Source: a virus. Taken from it: a stretch of DNA of 64,000 bases. A model generated the notes under the pieces. The model worked only from the letters and a program-made list of their open reading frames with translations. It was not told where the DNA came from and ran no database searches. The DNA lies in IMG/VR virus record IMGVR_UViG_3300035670_000034, positions 72,199 to 136,198 of that record. One strand, given 5' to 3'. Below are positions 38,380 to 46,828 of the stretch, piece after piece (position 1 is the first letter of the stretch; each line of letters begins with the position of its first letter). The position numbers were made by a program, and so were the translations under genes.

Positions 38380-38669
38380 GTCAGGACCTCAACTTCAAGT
38401 GCTTTGTGGGATTGATTGCCATTCATGAACTCTTCGTTATAGCGGTCCCAGAACTCGGGGGCATCTTCATCTATGGGGTATGTGAAGTCACCGCCATAGT
38501 CCTTCACCCACTCGCCATTCTTGTGGACGTGCTGATACTTATCTTCAAGTGTCATCTTGTCCCATCCGTCTGGCAGGGTCTTTAGCGACCAATACTCGGC
38601 TCGGTCGCTTCTCCACAGGTTGTTTTCGCTCACCTCTTCGGTGATGAAGCGCAGCACTATTTCGCTCAC
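38376..38669 (-). CDS. acidic hypothetical protein
   Basis: GTGA-coupled. Confidence 0.6.
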   Translation of the reverse strand: MSEIVLRFITEEVSENNLWRSDRAEYWSLKTLPDGWDKMTLEDKYQHVHKNGEWVKDYGGDFTYPIDEDAPEFWDRYNEEFMNGNQSHKALEVEVLT

Positions 38670-38944
38670 TTCACAGCCTCGTTTGCCAGAAACTCACTTG
38701 TTAGACCCTCGATGGCTTCCTTGACGCCATCGGCGGTGAAGTGCCTGTAATCCTTAGCATCTTCTTCGCTCACCTCAACGGCGTCCCATGGTCTGTCCCA
38801 ATCAAGTAGTTCAATCTCAACGATTGGGGCGGTTGAGTACGCACCCTCGTCGCTGAAACTAATGGTCGGGTCGTCGTCGTCCTCGCACTCGTAAAGGTAC
38901 TGAACGTTGATTTCAACTGTCTGATGAATGATGTATTTCTTCAT
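38666..38944 (-). CDS. acidic hypothetical protein, leaderless
   Basis: ATG 6 nt after the 38951 promoter. Confidence 0.7.
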   Translation of the reverse strand: MKKYIIHQTVEINVQYLYECEDDDDPTISFSDEGAYSTAPIVEIELLDWDRPWDAVEVSEEDAKDYRHFTADGVKEAIEGLTSEFLANEAVK

Positions 38945-39134
38945 GCGTAGACCTTACAGGCAATAATGGTTTATGACAACGGCTGAACGTCGTGCCTCGT
39001 ACACCAACCGTCATAGCAGTCGTCGCATAGAAGCACATTTTCCTCATACACGCGTTTGCCATCTTCGGTGGCCCCGGTGGGGGCTAGATTCCAGTGTTCG
39101 CCTAGGTCAACTTCGCACCAGTGGCAGGTTCGGT

Positions 39135-39539
39135 TCATGACTTACCCTCCCATTTCAACCGCTCATCGCTTCCCTCTTCTGTCCAGAATGGGAACCCGAC
39201 GAACTCGTTAAAGATGCAGAAGTCGTCGTACTCGGTGCTTGGCTCTTCGCCCCACGATGTACCGCCAGTAATACGCAACTCACGATTGCCATCAAGTGTG
39301 ATGCCCGATACGTCACGATTGCCATCACAGCCGTACACAAGGTCTATTGCGTCAGAGATGCGTTCCTTGACACGGCGTTGTAGGTCATCAGACCATTCCT
39401 CGTCGGTAAAGCCGAAGAAACCGCAGTCCTCCATGCGACCCAAGTCAGTTTCGGTGATTACCAAGCGCTCAAGACGCTTACGGCAGTCTTCTATTGACTC
39501 CCGAATCTCAACGGTCGCAAGTATTAGGTCAGCACCCAT
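39135..39539 (-). CDS. hypothetical protein
   Basis: MGADLIL...ITGGTSWGEEPS. Confidence 0.65.
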   Translation of the reverse strand: MGADLILATVEIRESIEDCRKRLERLVITETDLGRMEDCGFFGFTDEEWSDDLQRRVKERISDAIDLVYGCDGNRDVSGITLDGNRELRITGGTSWGEEPSTEYDDFCIFNEFVGFPFWTEEGSDERLKWEGKS

Positions 39540-39540
39540 T

Positions 39541-39822
39541 TCAGATGACTTCCCCATCAACAGTGGTCGTGAGACCGTGAGTGTGTTCGGAATGCATCTG
39601 CTGGTACTCGGGATAGGTGTTCCCAATAATTTCGTGCGGGTTGGACTCTTCGTAGCACTCCAGATTCAAAGAACCATCGTCGTTGAACGATAGGACAACG
39701 TTGTAGATGGTGTCTTTAGTGCCGTTGGAGCGGACGATGTTCACTTCTGCGACGCAGGGAGCATCATCCCAGTCAATAAGCGGAATGTCTGCAATTGGGA
39801 TGTTTAGTTCGTGTTTCTTCAT
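39541..39822 (-). CDS. hypothetical protein, leaderless
   Basis: ATG 6 nt after TAAGTT (39829). Confidence 0.7.
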   Translation of the reverse strand: MKKHELNIPIADIPLIDWDDAPCVAEVNIVRSNGTKDTIYNVVLSFNDDGSLNLECYEESNPHEIIGNTYPEYQQMHSEHTHGLTTTVDGEVI

Positions 39823-39849
39823 ACCTGCAACTTACAGGCAATAATTAGT

Positions 39850-40053
39850 TTAAACAACCTCTTGGGTTTCGGCCGTCATCAGGTATAGGCGAATGTCCAG
39901 AAGAAGGTCGGTCATTTCAGACGAAGACACAAGGTCCCTACCCGAAATGTCGGCAATTGCCTTATCCACGAGTTTCAAGGCTTCGCCGATTTCCGGGACC
40001 CCGACACTTGTGCTATCCACTGCGGTGGTGGAAGACTCAACCATGGTATCCAT
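39850..40053 (-). CDS. hypothetical protein
   Basis: coupled ORF; contains an in-frame motif-2 copy. Confidence 0.55.
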   Translation of the reverse strand: MDTMVESSTTAVDSTSVGVPEIGEALKLVDKAIADISGRDLVSSSEMTDLLLDIRLYLMTAETQEVV

Positions 40054-40388
40054 TATACAAACTTACACAGTATGGCGTGAGTATCTTCGCCATTCCACTC
40101 GACATCAAAGCCCTCGTTGCGTAGTGCGGACACGATAATGTGCGCCCCGCCGTTGTCGTGATAAATGTATTGGTAATCATTGCGAGCATTGCCACTATCT
40201 CTGGCAAAGGCAAGGTAATTACCCTGGCCACCATACGTCCATGCAACAGGTGTGCCTGGTTTGTAGTTGGGTTCCATGTCGGCTGCTGCACATGTACGGC
40301 AACAATCCATGCGATTTAGTTGGGTATAGACCCCAAGTTTTGCCACTGCTCTCCATGCAGCATTCCAGCGTTGTCGCTGAGTTCTCAC
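40053..40388 (-). CDS. conserved hypothetical protein
   Basis: DCCRTCA...GFDVEWNG. Confidence 0.65.
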   Translation of the reverse strand: MRTQRQRWNAAWRAVAKLGVYTQLNRMDCCRTCAAADMEPNYKPGTPVAWTYGGQGNYLAFARDSGNARNDYQYIYHDNGGAHIIVSALRNEGFDVEWNGEDTHAILCKFV

Positions 40389-40663
40389 AGCAGTTCCTCC
40401 AAGGCACTATCCCAATCAGTGTCGTTTTCGCCAAGGGTATTGACGAAGTAGTACATCTTGCTGAACCTCATTGACTGCTTGTGAAAGAAGTTGTAAAGTT
40501 CTTGCGAACCCTCGCCGTACTTATCGCAAAGTTGGGCGAACTCCTCCAGAATGGCGTCCCTCTCCTCTTCGGGAAGGTTGTTGAAAGACTCAACCACTTC
40601 GCTCCAGACCTTCGCCTGATAAGCCTCGTGGAGGAGGTTGATGAATTCGGTGTCGTTTTCCAT
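40385..40663 (-). CDS. acidic hypothetical protein, leaderless
   Basis: ATG 7 nt after the 40671 promoter. Confidence 0.68.
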   Translation of the reverse strand: MENDTEFINLLHEAYQAKVWSEVVESFNNLPEEERDAILEEFAQLCDKYGEGSQELYNFFHKQSMRFSKMYYFVNTLGENDTDWDSALEELL

Positions 40664-40877
40664 GTGTTGCACCTTACAGGCAATAATTACTTATTCCAAC
40701 CCCCATGTGCGCATCCGCGCGCCATGGAAGACTCATCCTACAGGCATTAATGGGTTAACGCTCGCGAGCCCCGGATATACCAGACGTGCTGACCGTCACA
40801 GACATTGCAGGTTGTCAAACTACGTGGCTATCCACTACGGTGGTGGAAGACAGTTATAACCAATAAGGAGAAACCAC

Positions 40878-41273
40878 ATGAAACCACGGCTAGTTAGTAC
40901 GCCATCAACAGAAGGGGCGCTGCACACAATTGCATATGCCCGTAATAAAGATGGCCGAATTGACCTTGATGCATACAAGGGCCTAACTGGGACTATTGAA
41001 TCAAACAACCTAAAGATTGATGTAAAAATCAACAACGCTCGAGTTCGTTACGGGCATCTCGATTTGAATGTCAGTCCGATGTCCGGGGCTGGCGAGGTAT
41101 GGGTTGAGCGAAAGAATATTGAAATCAACAACGACCCTGCGGCCAAGGCCCCCGTGGCAAAGATGAAAACTCGCAAAATTGACGAATCAAAACCGGAAAA
41201 CGCGTTTCCGAAGAACGACATCAAGGAAATGATTCGGATGATGATTCAGGAAGAGCGCCAAAAGGCCGTCTAA
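40878..41273 (+). CDS. hypothetical protein
   Basis: strong AAGGAG SD; first rightward gene after the divergence point. Confidence 0.7.
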   Translation: MKPRLVSTPSTEGALHTIAYARNKDGRIDLDAYKGLTGTIESNNLKIDVKINNARVRYGHLDLNVSPMSGAGEVWVERKNIEINNDPAAKAPVAKMKTRKIDESKPENAFPKNDIKEMIRMMIQEERQKAV

Positions 41274-41491
41274 TAACGGCCCGGCCGCAAGTCTTCCCGA
41301 AGGTATACCACATCTCCGTCATCTTTGGATTCGATGGCGGAAGATGTGGGAACCTCATCTGTGTCTGCCTTCACAGGGGCCTCTTCTGATAATTCTTCAG
41401 AACTTTCTTCTTCCGCCGCCGGCTGCGGCTCAAAATGAATTCGCTCAAGTTTTTGGTTGGACCCGAGGGCCCCGTGATTGTTCCCGGCCAT
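41270..41491 (-). CDS. acidic hypothetical protein (uncertain)
   Basis: short acidic ORF convergent with 40878-41273. Confidence 0.35.
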   Translation of the reverse strand: MAGNNHGALGSNQKLERIHFEPQPAAEEESSEELSEEAPVKADTDEVPTSSAIESKDDGDVVYLREDLRPGRY

Positions 41492-41528
41492 GTTGTCTTA
41501 CCTCATTATTGCCTGTAACGTGTTTGCC

Positions 41529-41963
41529 ATGCTAAATCTAACAGATGACTACATAGACAGTTTACCTGCGGACACACGACGCATCCCTGATGTTGAGCGT
41601 GGCCTATACGTATTACAGACGTGGCAGAAGAATGGGGCCAGTGGCTCACCTGCTTCATGGCTCAAAAATTACATGATTCGCTCAGAGGGTTTGATGTGGA
41701 TAAATCAAAACATCATCCCAAAACTAGGCGTCGCCATCGTGGCCGAGGAAAAGACGGAAAAACGCAAGGACAAGTACGCCAAGTTGGAGAAACTTGCGCT
41801 GGATAACCTGTATCACGAATTCACGACCCAGCAACTCGCTGATGAGTCGGGGCTCGGCGCACAAACCATTAGCAAGTGGGCAAAGACCACTGGTTACTTC
41901 CGAGTAATAGGGCGTGGCAAGTGGGAAGCCCGCAATCCAAAAGATGACCGCAAAAACGCCTAG
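41529..41963 (+). CDS. hypothetical protein with C-terminal winged-HTH-like segment, leaderless
   Basis: ATG 7 nt after TAACGT (41516-41521); FTTQQLADESGLGAQTISKW. Confidence 0.7.
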   Translation: MLNLTDDYIDSLPADTRRIPDVERGLYVLQTWQKNGASGSPASWLKNYMIRSEGLMWINQNIIPKLGVAIVAEEKTEKRKDKYAKLEKLALDNLYHEFTTQQLADESGLGAQTISKWAKTTGYFRVIGRGKWEARNPKDDRKNA

Positions 41964-42000
41964 GGTTGTCTTAACTCATTATTGCCTGTAAGGTACAAGT

Positions 42001-42723
42001 ATGACAACTACAAACACCACCACCAAACTCCCCGAGTGCTGGCAAGCACTTGAGGATGTACTTACCAACAACATTGACCGAGTCATCTTGTTTGGTCCCC
42101 CAGGGACAGGCAAGACGTACGCAGGCATGAATTTCGGCAACGTGGGTAACGGCTCGTTCCGCATCACCTGCACCGAGGACATGACCAACCTGAACGTAGA
42201 CGGCGCTTTCATGCCGACTAGTGACGGCAAGGCTTTCAAGTGGTATGAGGGTTCTGCTCTTAAGGCATGGCAGGCAGGCGGTCGTCTCGTCGTGGACGAG
42301 ATTGACAAGGCTGGCTCCGACGTGTTCGCCACGCTACTGAACTTCCTTGACTCTCCTGAGTCTGCATCGTGGGAGCATCCTGAGAACGGACAGATTATCC
42401 GTCCCTCCAATGGATTCTCCGCAGTGATGACCACCAACGTTGAGGACATGGACGAATTGCCCGAAGCGTTGGCCGACCGATTCCCTGTTCGGATTCGCAT
42501 CAACCAGCCACATCCCAATGCACTGCGTCGTCTCTCACGAGACCTGCGTGAGGTTGCGGTTAACTACGCCGACGCTGGACGAGACCGAATTTCACTGCGA
42601 ACGTTCATGGCCTTTGACAATCTCCGAAACTCAATGGGCGACGAACGTGCCAGCAAGATTGTCTTTGGGCATCGTGCTGACGGAATCATGGATGCTCTCA
42701 GGGTTAATGCGGTGGCATCGTGA
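42001..42723 (+). CDS. MoxR/CbbQ/NorQ-like AAA+ ATPase, leaderless
   Basis: GPPGTGKT, VVDEIDKA, TTN, ALADRFP; ATG 6 nt after the 41977 promoter. Confidence 0.88.
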   Translation: MTTTNTTTKLPECWQALEDVLTNNIDRVILFGPPGTGKTYAGMNFGNVGNGSFRITCTEDMTNLNVDGAFMPTSDGKAFKWYEGSALKAWQAGGRLVVDEIDKAGSDVFATLLNFLDSPESASWEHPENGQIIRPSNGFSAVMTTNVEDMDELPEALADRFPVRIRINQPHPNALRRLSRDLREVAVNYADAGRDRISLRTFMAFDNLRNSMGDERASKIVFGHRADGIMDALRVNAVAS

Positions 42724-44273
42724 CCACAAAAACCACGATTGAACCACACGCACTAACACGGCGTGATAGACCGACACTGCGCTGGAGCGTTGAAGAAGTC
42801 ATCGCCAAGCGTGGATACGCCAAGACCGACATCATCGGGCGCAAGATATATGCGCCTGCTGGATTGTCGGAACTTGAGCGTGTCGTACGTGCGCACGAGT
42901 TGATGCATGCCAGAATCACACCTGCCGAAGAAATTGGTGATTGGATTAAACGTGGCGTTGCGTCAAAAGATTCAATCTATGCAGTTGAAGAAGTGCGTGT
43001 TAACTACGCAATTCAAAAGGCTGGCTTTGATTTAAACGAACTGACCGACGGCAACGAAGATGCTGACGGCGAACTTGCAGTAATCCAAAACAATTGGGAG
43101 GGTGCCGTTCGTTTTGCGGTCGCTACCGCTGGCACTGCTGGCGGTAAACGATTTCTCGTCGGCGTGCGTCGCCAATCAAAACATTGGGCGAATGCTCTTC
43201 AACGAATCCAAAAACATATTTGGAAACAAATTGAGGGTGCCGACACTGGTCGTATCGGCCGTAAGCGTGTAGTGAGGGAACCTTTGTTCTCAACCGAGGT
43301 ACATAAGTACATCGGGCTTGCACCTGCTGGCTTTGCGTGGACCGAGCGTTGGGCTGAGTACCTTGACCGACTTGGTGCGATGCAACCGCCTGAAAAGAAT
43401 CCGACCACGGCCAAGAAAACAAAGAAATCAAGCACCGAGGCCGAGGGTAAAGAAGATGAATCCGACAAGTCCGAGTCCGAGTCTGGCGACAAAACTGATT
43501 CTGAAGAATCAACAGAAATTGCCAATAAAGGTTCTGAGGATGACTTTGAAGAACGTATGCGTCGGATGAATCCGCTCTCATACAGCCGTGGTAGCGAAGA
43601 GTGGAGCAAACTCCTATGGGGCAAGACAAAATTGTCTCGTGTCTCAAAGGGTGCTCTTGGCAAGAAGCGCTATGCGATGCAATACGGTCGCAATCCACGA
43701 CGCATCGGGCGACTCTACACTGACCCACAACGTCGTGTGTTTGACCACGAGCGTCGTGCCAAGGGTGGAATTGTCCTGATTGACGGTTCTGGCTCTATGG
43801 CACTTGACCGTGATGACGTTCTCAAGATTCTGCAAGTGGCACCAGGTGCGACTGTCGCAATCTATTCCGACATGGATGAGGGTGAGGGCCGTTTGCCAAA
43901 CATCCACATTCTCGCAAAAGACGGAAAATGTGTTGAGGAAAAAGACATGCCAGATTTTGGCGCTGGCAACGGCGTTGACTTCCCTGCTCTTGATTGGGCG
44001 ATTAAGGAACGCAAGAAGAAGGAACCTGTCGTTTGGGTAACTGATGGCGGTGTGTGCGTTGCCAACAGCGGATTTAATCATTCGCTAGCGGTGCAGTGCA
44101 TCAATCACGCCAAGCGCCATAAAGTAATCTGCGTTGACCACGTTGATTCGGCAATCAAACAATTGCAGGCTCTGAACAACGGACAGACTGTCCGAGTCAA
44201 GTACCCTCAGTACTTCACTCAAGTCATCAACCACTTGGGCGGTATGGACGAAGAACAGGTAGTCAAGAAGTAA
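42720..44273 (+). CDS. vWA-domain protein with N-terminal HExxH metallopeptidase-like motif (MoxR partner)
   Basis: RAHELMHAR; acidic linker; VLIDGSGSM MIDAS; WVTDGG. Confidence 0.8.
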   Translation: MTTKTTIEPHALTRRDRPTLRWSVEEVIAKRGYAKTDIIGRKIYAPAGLSELERVVRAHELMHARITPAEEIGDWIKRGVASKDSIYAVEEVRVNYAIQKAGFDLNELTDGNEDADGELAVIQNNWEGAVRFAVATAGTAGGKRFLVGVRRQSKHWANALQRIQKHIWKQIEGADTGRIGRKRVVREPLFSTEVHKYIGLAPAGFAWTERWAEYLDRLGAMQPPEKNPTTAKKTKKSSTEAEGKEDESDKSESESGDKTDSEESTEIANKGSEDDFEERMRRMNPLSYSRGSEEWSKLLWGKTKLSRVSKGALGKKRYAMQYGRNPRRIGRLYTDPQRRVFDHERRAKGGIVLIDGSGSMALDRDDVLKILQVAPGATVAIYSDMDEGEGRLPNIHILAKDGKCVEEKDMPDFGAGNGVDFPALDWAIKERKKKEPVVWVTDGGVCVANSGFNHSLAVQCINHAKRHKVICVDHVDSAIKQLQALNNGQTVRVKYPQYFTQVINHLGGMDEEQVVKK

Positions 44274-44284
44274 TGAAGAAGTCA

Positions 44285-44322
44285 GCCAGCGCACGTTTAG
44301 GTTGGTGTTCACGTGCGCTGGC
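44285..44322 (+). terminator. 12-bp hairpin after the vWA gene
   Basis: GCCAGCGCACGT...ACGTGCGCTGGC; no clear U-tract. Confidence 0.5.
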
Positions 44323-44422
44323 ACCAAAAGACGGTGTCACCGGCAGTGACCCAAGCCAGCAAATATGCTGGCCATGCGTCCTAGCGCACTTCCCGCTGTC
44401 GGTGGCACTGTCTTGCAATTAC

Positions 44423-44652
44423 TAAACGAAAGGAAGACAATCATGAATGGCAAGACTCTTGCAGGAGAGAGACGCGGCCAGGCGGCTCAGCGCAGAAACG
44501 TCAATTTCGCGTTGACGATGTCGCAGTTCGAAGAACTTCAAGACATGGCCATGATGGCGGACATGCAGATATCCGAATACATCAGATACGCGATTTTCGG
44601 GGCCGCCGCTGCCAGGCGGCCGCGCAACCAGAGGAGCGCGCCGCAGCAATGA
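44423..44652 (+). CDS. ribbon-helix-helix (CopG-like) protein
   Basis: VNFALTMSQFEELQDMAMMADMQISEYIRYAIFG; GAAAGGAAG SD. Confidence 0.6.
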
Positions 44653-44736
44653 GAAGTTCTAAAAAGTTTTTTTTCTTCTGGTTCACCCAGTTGATGTCGC
44701 GCGTCATTTCACCATACGGTGGTGGAAAGCAACGTC

Positions 44737-44982
44737 CTAACTCCGGCGCATGAACGCGCGGTCCCACACCCGTAGGAAGTTGAATCCCAAAATCAAACTC
44801 GTACAATTAACCCAAGAAAGTTTCCATGAGATTGCATCGATTGACCAGAAGAGCCGCACCGCCAGGTAGAGGGCCAAAGAATAAACCAGGCTTGAGAACA
44901 CGAAGTTCAAGAAACCAGACAAGATTTGCTGTTTTGCCTGTTCCTGGAATTTCCGGAACTCCTCCATCTCCGGATGGCTCAC
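44737..44982 (-). CDS. small two-TM membrane protein
   Basis: two hydrophobic helices; ATGA-type overlap with the upstream gene. Confidence 0.6.
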   Translation of the reverse strand: MSHPEMEEFRKFQEQAKQQILSGFLNFVFSSLVYSLALYLAVRLFWSIDAISWKLSWVNCTSLILGFNFLRVWDRAFMRRS

Positions 44983-45359
44983 TGGGAAACCTGAGAATTT
45001 TTGCGAACAATCTGGTGAACGCGTTGGCGAGAAAGTTCAAACTCATCAGCAATAAAGCGAAGAGATTTTCCGCCGCGATGCAAGTCCAATATCTTGGAGT
45101 TTCTGTCGGAGTTCGTAGCCGGCCCTGGGCGCAGCGGGCCCCATTGCCAGTCGCGAATTTGCTCGAGTCGCTGAATCTTTTCCTGGCTCAATTGCCCCTT
45201 GCGGCGACGCTGTCGAAGATACCCAACCCAAGAACCCAGCGGAACGGGGTTGCCATCGACCTCCTCGATGTGATTGGCCGGGACTCGACAGTGGTCTTCC
45301 CGCGCGACGAAGTTATTAAGGGCTGTAATTGTTGTGTTAAAACGGGTAACGTTGTCCAT
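44979..45359 (-). CDS. helicase-associated (HA) domain + HTH protein
   Basis: HCRVP...LGSWVGYLRQRRRKGQLSQEKIQRLEQI..WQW; GKSLRFIADEFELSRQRVHQIV. Confidence 0.7.
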   Translation of the reverse strand: MDNVTRFNTTITALNNFVAREDHCRVPANHIEEVDGNPVPLGSWVGYLRQRRRKGQLSQEKIQRLEQIRDWQWGPLRPGPATNSDRNSKILDLHRGGKSLRFIADEFELSRQRVHQIVRKNSQVSQ

Positions 45360-45481
45360 GTCGAAGACAATAGCAAATGCATTTAAGCCTCAAGTTGATA
45401 TTTTGAAACTTTAATTAGAAATAGTTTTTGACAAACCTTTACGGTGGTGGAAAGCAACTCGTTGAGTGGTACTATCTAGGG

Positions 45482-45865
45482 ATGGAAGACCACGACGAAC
45501 AAGATTTGGCTAGATTTGTCGAAAGAGTCAGAGAAGATATGGAGTTTGGGGAAACAGATGGCGGCCCCAATCGAATCATTGCTTCATGCCAAGACGTCGA
45601 GTCGGACATATACCTGCTGATAATGGCCGTGCCGCGCGAGTCCCTGTCCGATGGCGTGGGCCCCGAGTTATTCCAGACACCAGATGAACATAAGTTTCTG
45701 GCCTGCCTAAACGAGGAAGTTCTTTGGGCAAAAGCAGATGAAATAAGTGAAGAAAATATTTTCTACACAAGCCAGGAAAAAAATGACCTGATGGCTGAAT
45801 TTATTGCGGACTTTTTGCCGCCGCTATTCGAGCGCGCTCGAGAAATGATTCCGCTAGATATTTAA
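45482..45865 (+). CDS. acidic hypothetical protein, probably leaderless
   Basis: TACTAT + 6 nt + ATG at 45482. Confidence 0.6.
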   Translation: MEDHDEQDLARFVERVREDMEFGETDGGPNRIIASCQDVESDIYLLIMAVPRESLSDGVGPELFQTPDEHKFLACLNEEVLWAKADEISEENIFYTSQEKNDLMAEFIADFLPPLFERAREMIPLDI

Positions 45866-46377
45866 GCGCCTTGGTGGTGGAAAGGTTGGGGACTGCCGCC
45901 AGAAGAACCCAACCACCGAAGAAACACACTTCGTGGCGGCAGCCCCGCTACGCGACCAAGGGGGAAAGGGGGGGAACACCCTGGCCACGCAATTATCGAA
46001 AGTACCACAGAGATTTGTTGTCCCAGTGTAACTTTTAAAAATTTTGTCGAAGTTGCATGTTTTGCCGCCGGGTGCTGCTAGCGTGAGCCCCGTTCCGCGT
46101 TTCGCGTTTCCTCCCTGGGGCAAGGGGCGCGGAACAACAAAATACTTCTGCGCAGGAAGACCAACCATCAAAAACAACACCCAAAACTGGGTGCCGGCGG
46201 AGCCTTGCCAAAAATCAAAAGTTTTAAGCAAAGGTTCCCCCGGACCCCCTCCAAAGTTCAACACTCTAAGAAGTGTTCAATTATGAAGGGCCGTAAAAAC
46301 AACAAAAGAAACTTCGGTTCATTTACGTCCTCTATCTCATACGGTGGTGGAAGACCGAGGTTGCTATAAATACAGAA

Positions 46378-46752
46378 ATGGTGTATCTTGAGGTGATGAT
46401 GACGACTAAGCGTTTCAGACTCACCAAGGCTGAGAAACAAGAAAAAGCCATCTCTGACCGGAAGAAAGAAGAACTCGTTTCTCCCGAAGATATTTTGGCC
46501 GTTTTTAACCACTGGGTCGAAACCCACAAGAAAGACGCGCGCCGCAAACCTGTCCTTGATGCAAAGCGCCGCAGATTGCTAGCCGTTGCCATCTACGACT
46601 ACAGCGTCGATGACTGCATGGCGGCCATAGACGGCTGTGCCAACTCCCACTTCCACATGGGACAGAACAAGCAGGGAAAGGTCTACAACTCCCTGGAACT
46701 GATATTCCGCTCTGCAGAGTACATCGAGCGATTTATTGGCTACAACGAATGA
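46378..46752 (+). CDS. phage replication-initiator-like C-terminal domain protein
   Basis: VFNHW...LDAKRRRLL...DCMAAIDG..NSHFHMG.N......NSLELIFR...IERF. Confidence 0.5.
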   Translation: MVYLEVMMTTKRFRLTKAEKQEKAISDRKKEELVSPEDILAVFNHWVETHKKDARRKPVLDAKRRRLLAVAIYDYSVDDCMAAIDGCANSHFHMGQNKQGKVYNSLELIFRSAEYIERFIGYNE

Positions 46753-46828
46753 GGACCGGGGCTATCGTGGTTGCCATGCTTGCTTTCTACGCAGCACTGG
46801 CGGTGGCGGATAGGAGAAAGGGCCGGCG

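Larger units (their letters stand above)
18838..41994. promoter_or_regulatory. dispersed family of at least 34 near-identical sigmaA-type promoters (sense consensus G-TTGnnn-TAnnn-CATTATTGCCTG-TAAGGT)
   Basis: minus-strand copies, listed by the + strand start of ACCTTACAGGCAATAAT or a variant: 18838,20971,22154,22779,23019,23366,23850,24952,25446,25924,27546,28335,29006,29524,29712,30432,31177,32326,32726,33291,34076,34321,34984,35570,36193,36620,37308,38161,38951,39829,40671; plus-strand copies at 25967,41504,41977. Confidence 0.9.
23142..46354 (+). repeat. dispersed asymmetric motif 2, (T/C)ACGGTGG(T/C)GGA(A/T)AG, all copies on the + strand
   Basis: 23142,25632,28491,29855,31362,34472,35761,37763,40021(variant),40836,44715,45440,45872(partial),46340; usually preceded by CT(C/G)TATnnnn. 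Confidence 0.85.

Noticed and set aside
20971-41994. CRISPR array interpretation of the 17-18-bp repeat
   Set aside because: Spacing is irregular (about 40-1600 bp), the intervals are whole genes, and no cas genes are present in the window.
20971-41994. Integron attC or site-specific recombinase sites
   Set aside because: No inverted R'/R'' core pairs or palindromic arms, and no integrase in the window; promoter geometry explains the motif better. Homologous micro-recombination remains possible.
20971-41994. TAAGGT as a Shine-Dalgarno sequence
   Set aside because: Variants TAAGAT, TAAGTT and TAACGT lose AGG but keep TAnnnT, and a TTG-type hexamer lies 17 nt upstream.
22725-42518. Recurrent peptides PYRQ, TLQAII, LTGNN, IIACK and LLPVR in many track ORFs
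   Set aside because: These are six-frame read-outs of the promoter repeat in shadow ORFs, not a protein motif.
23142-46354. Motif 2 as a second sigmaA promoter class
   Set aside because: Only the 37763 copy has an ATG 6 nt after a TAnnnn hexamer; the final T and a -35 are not conserved across copies.
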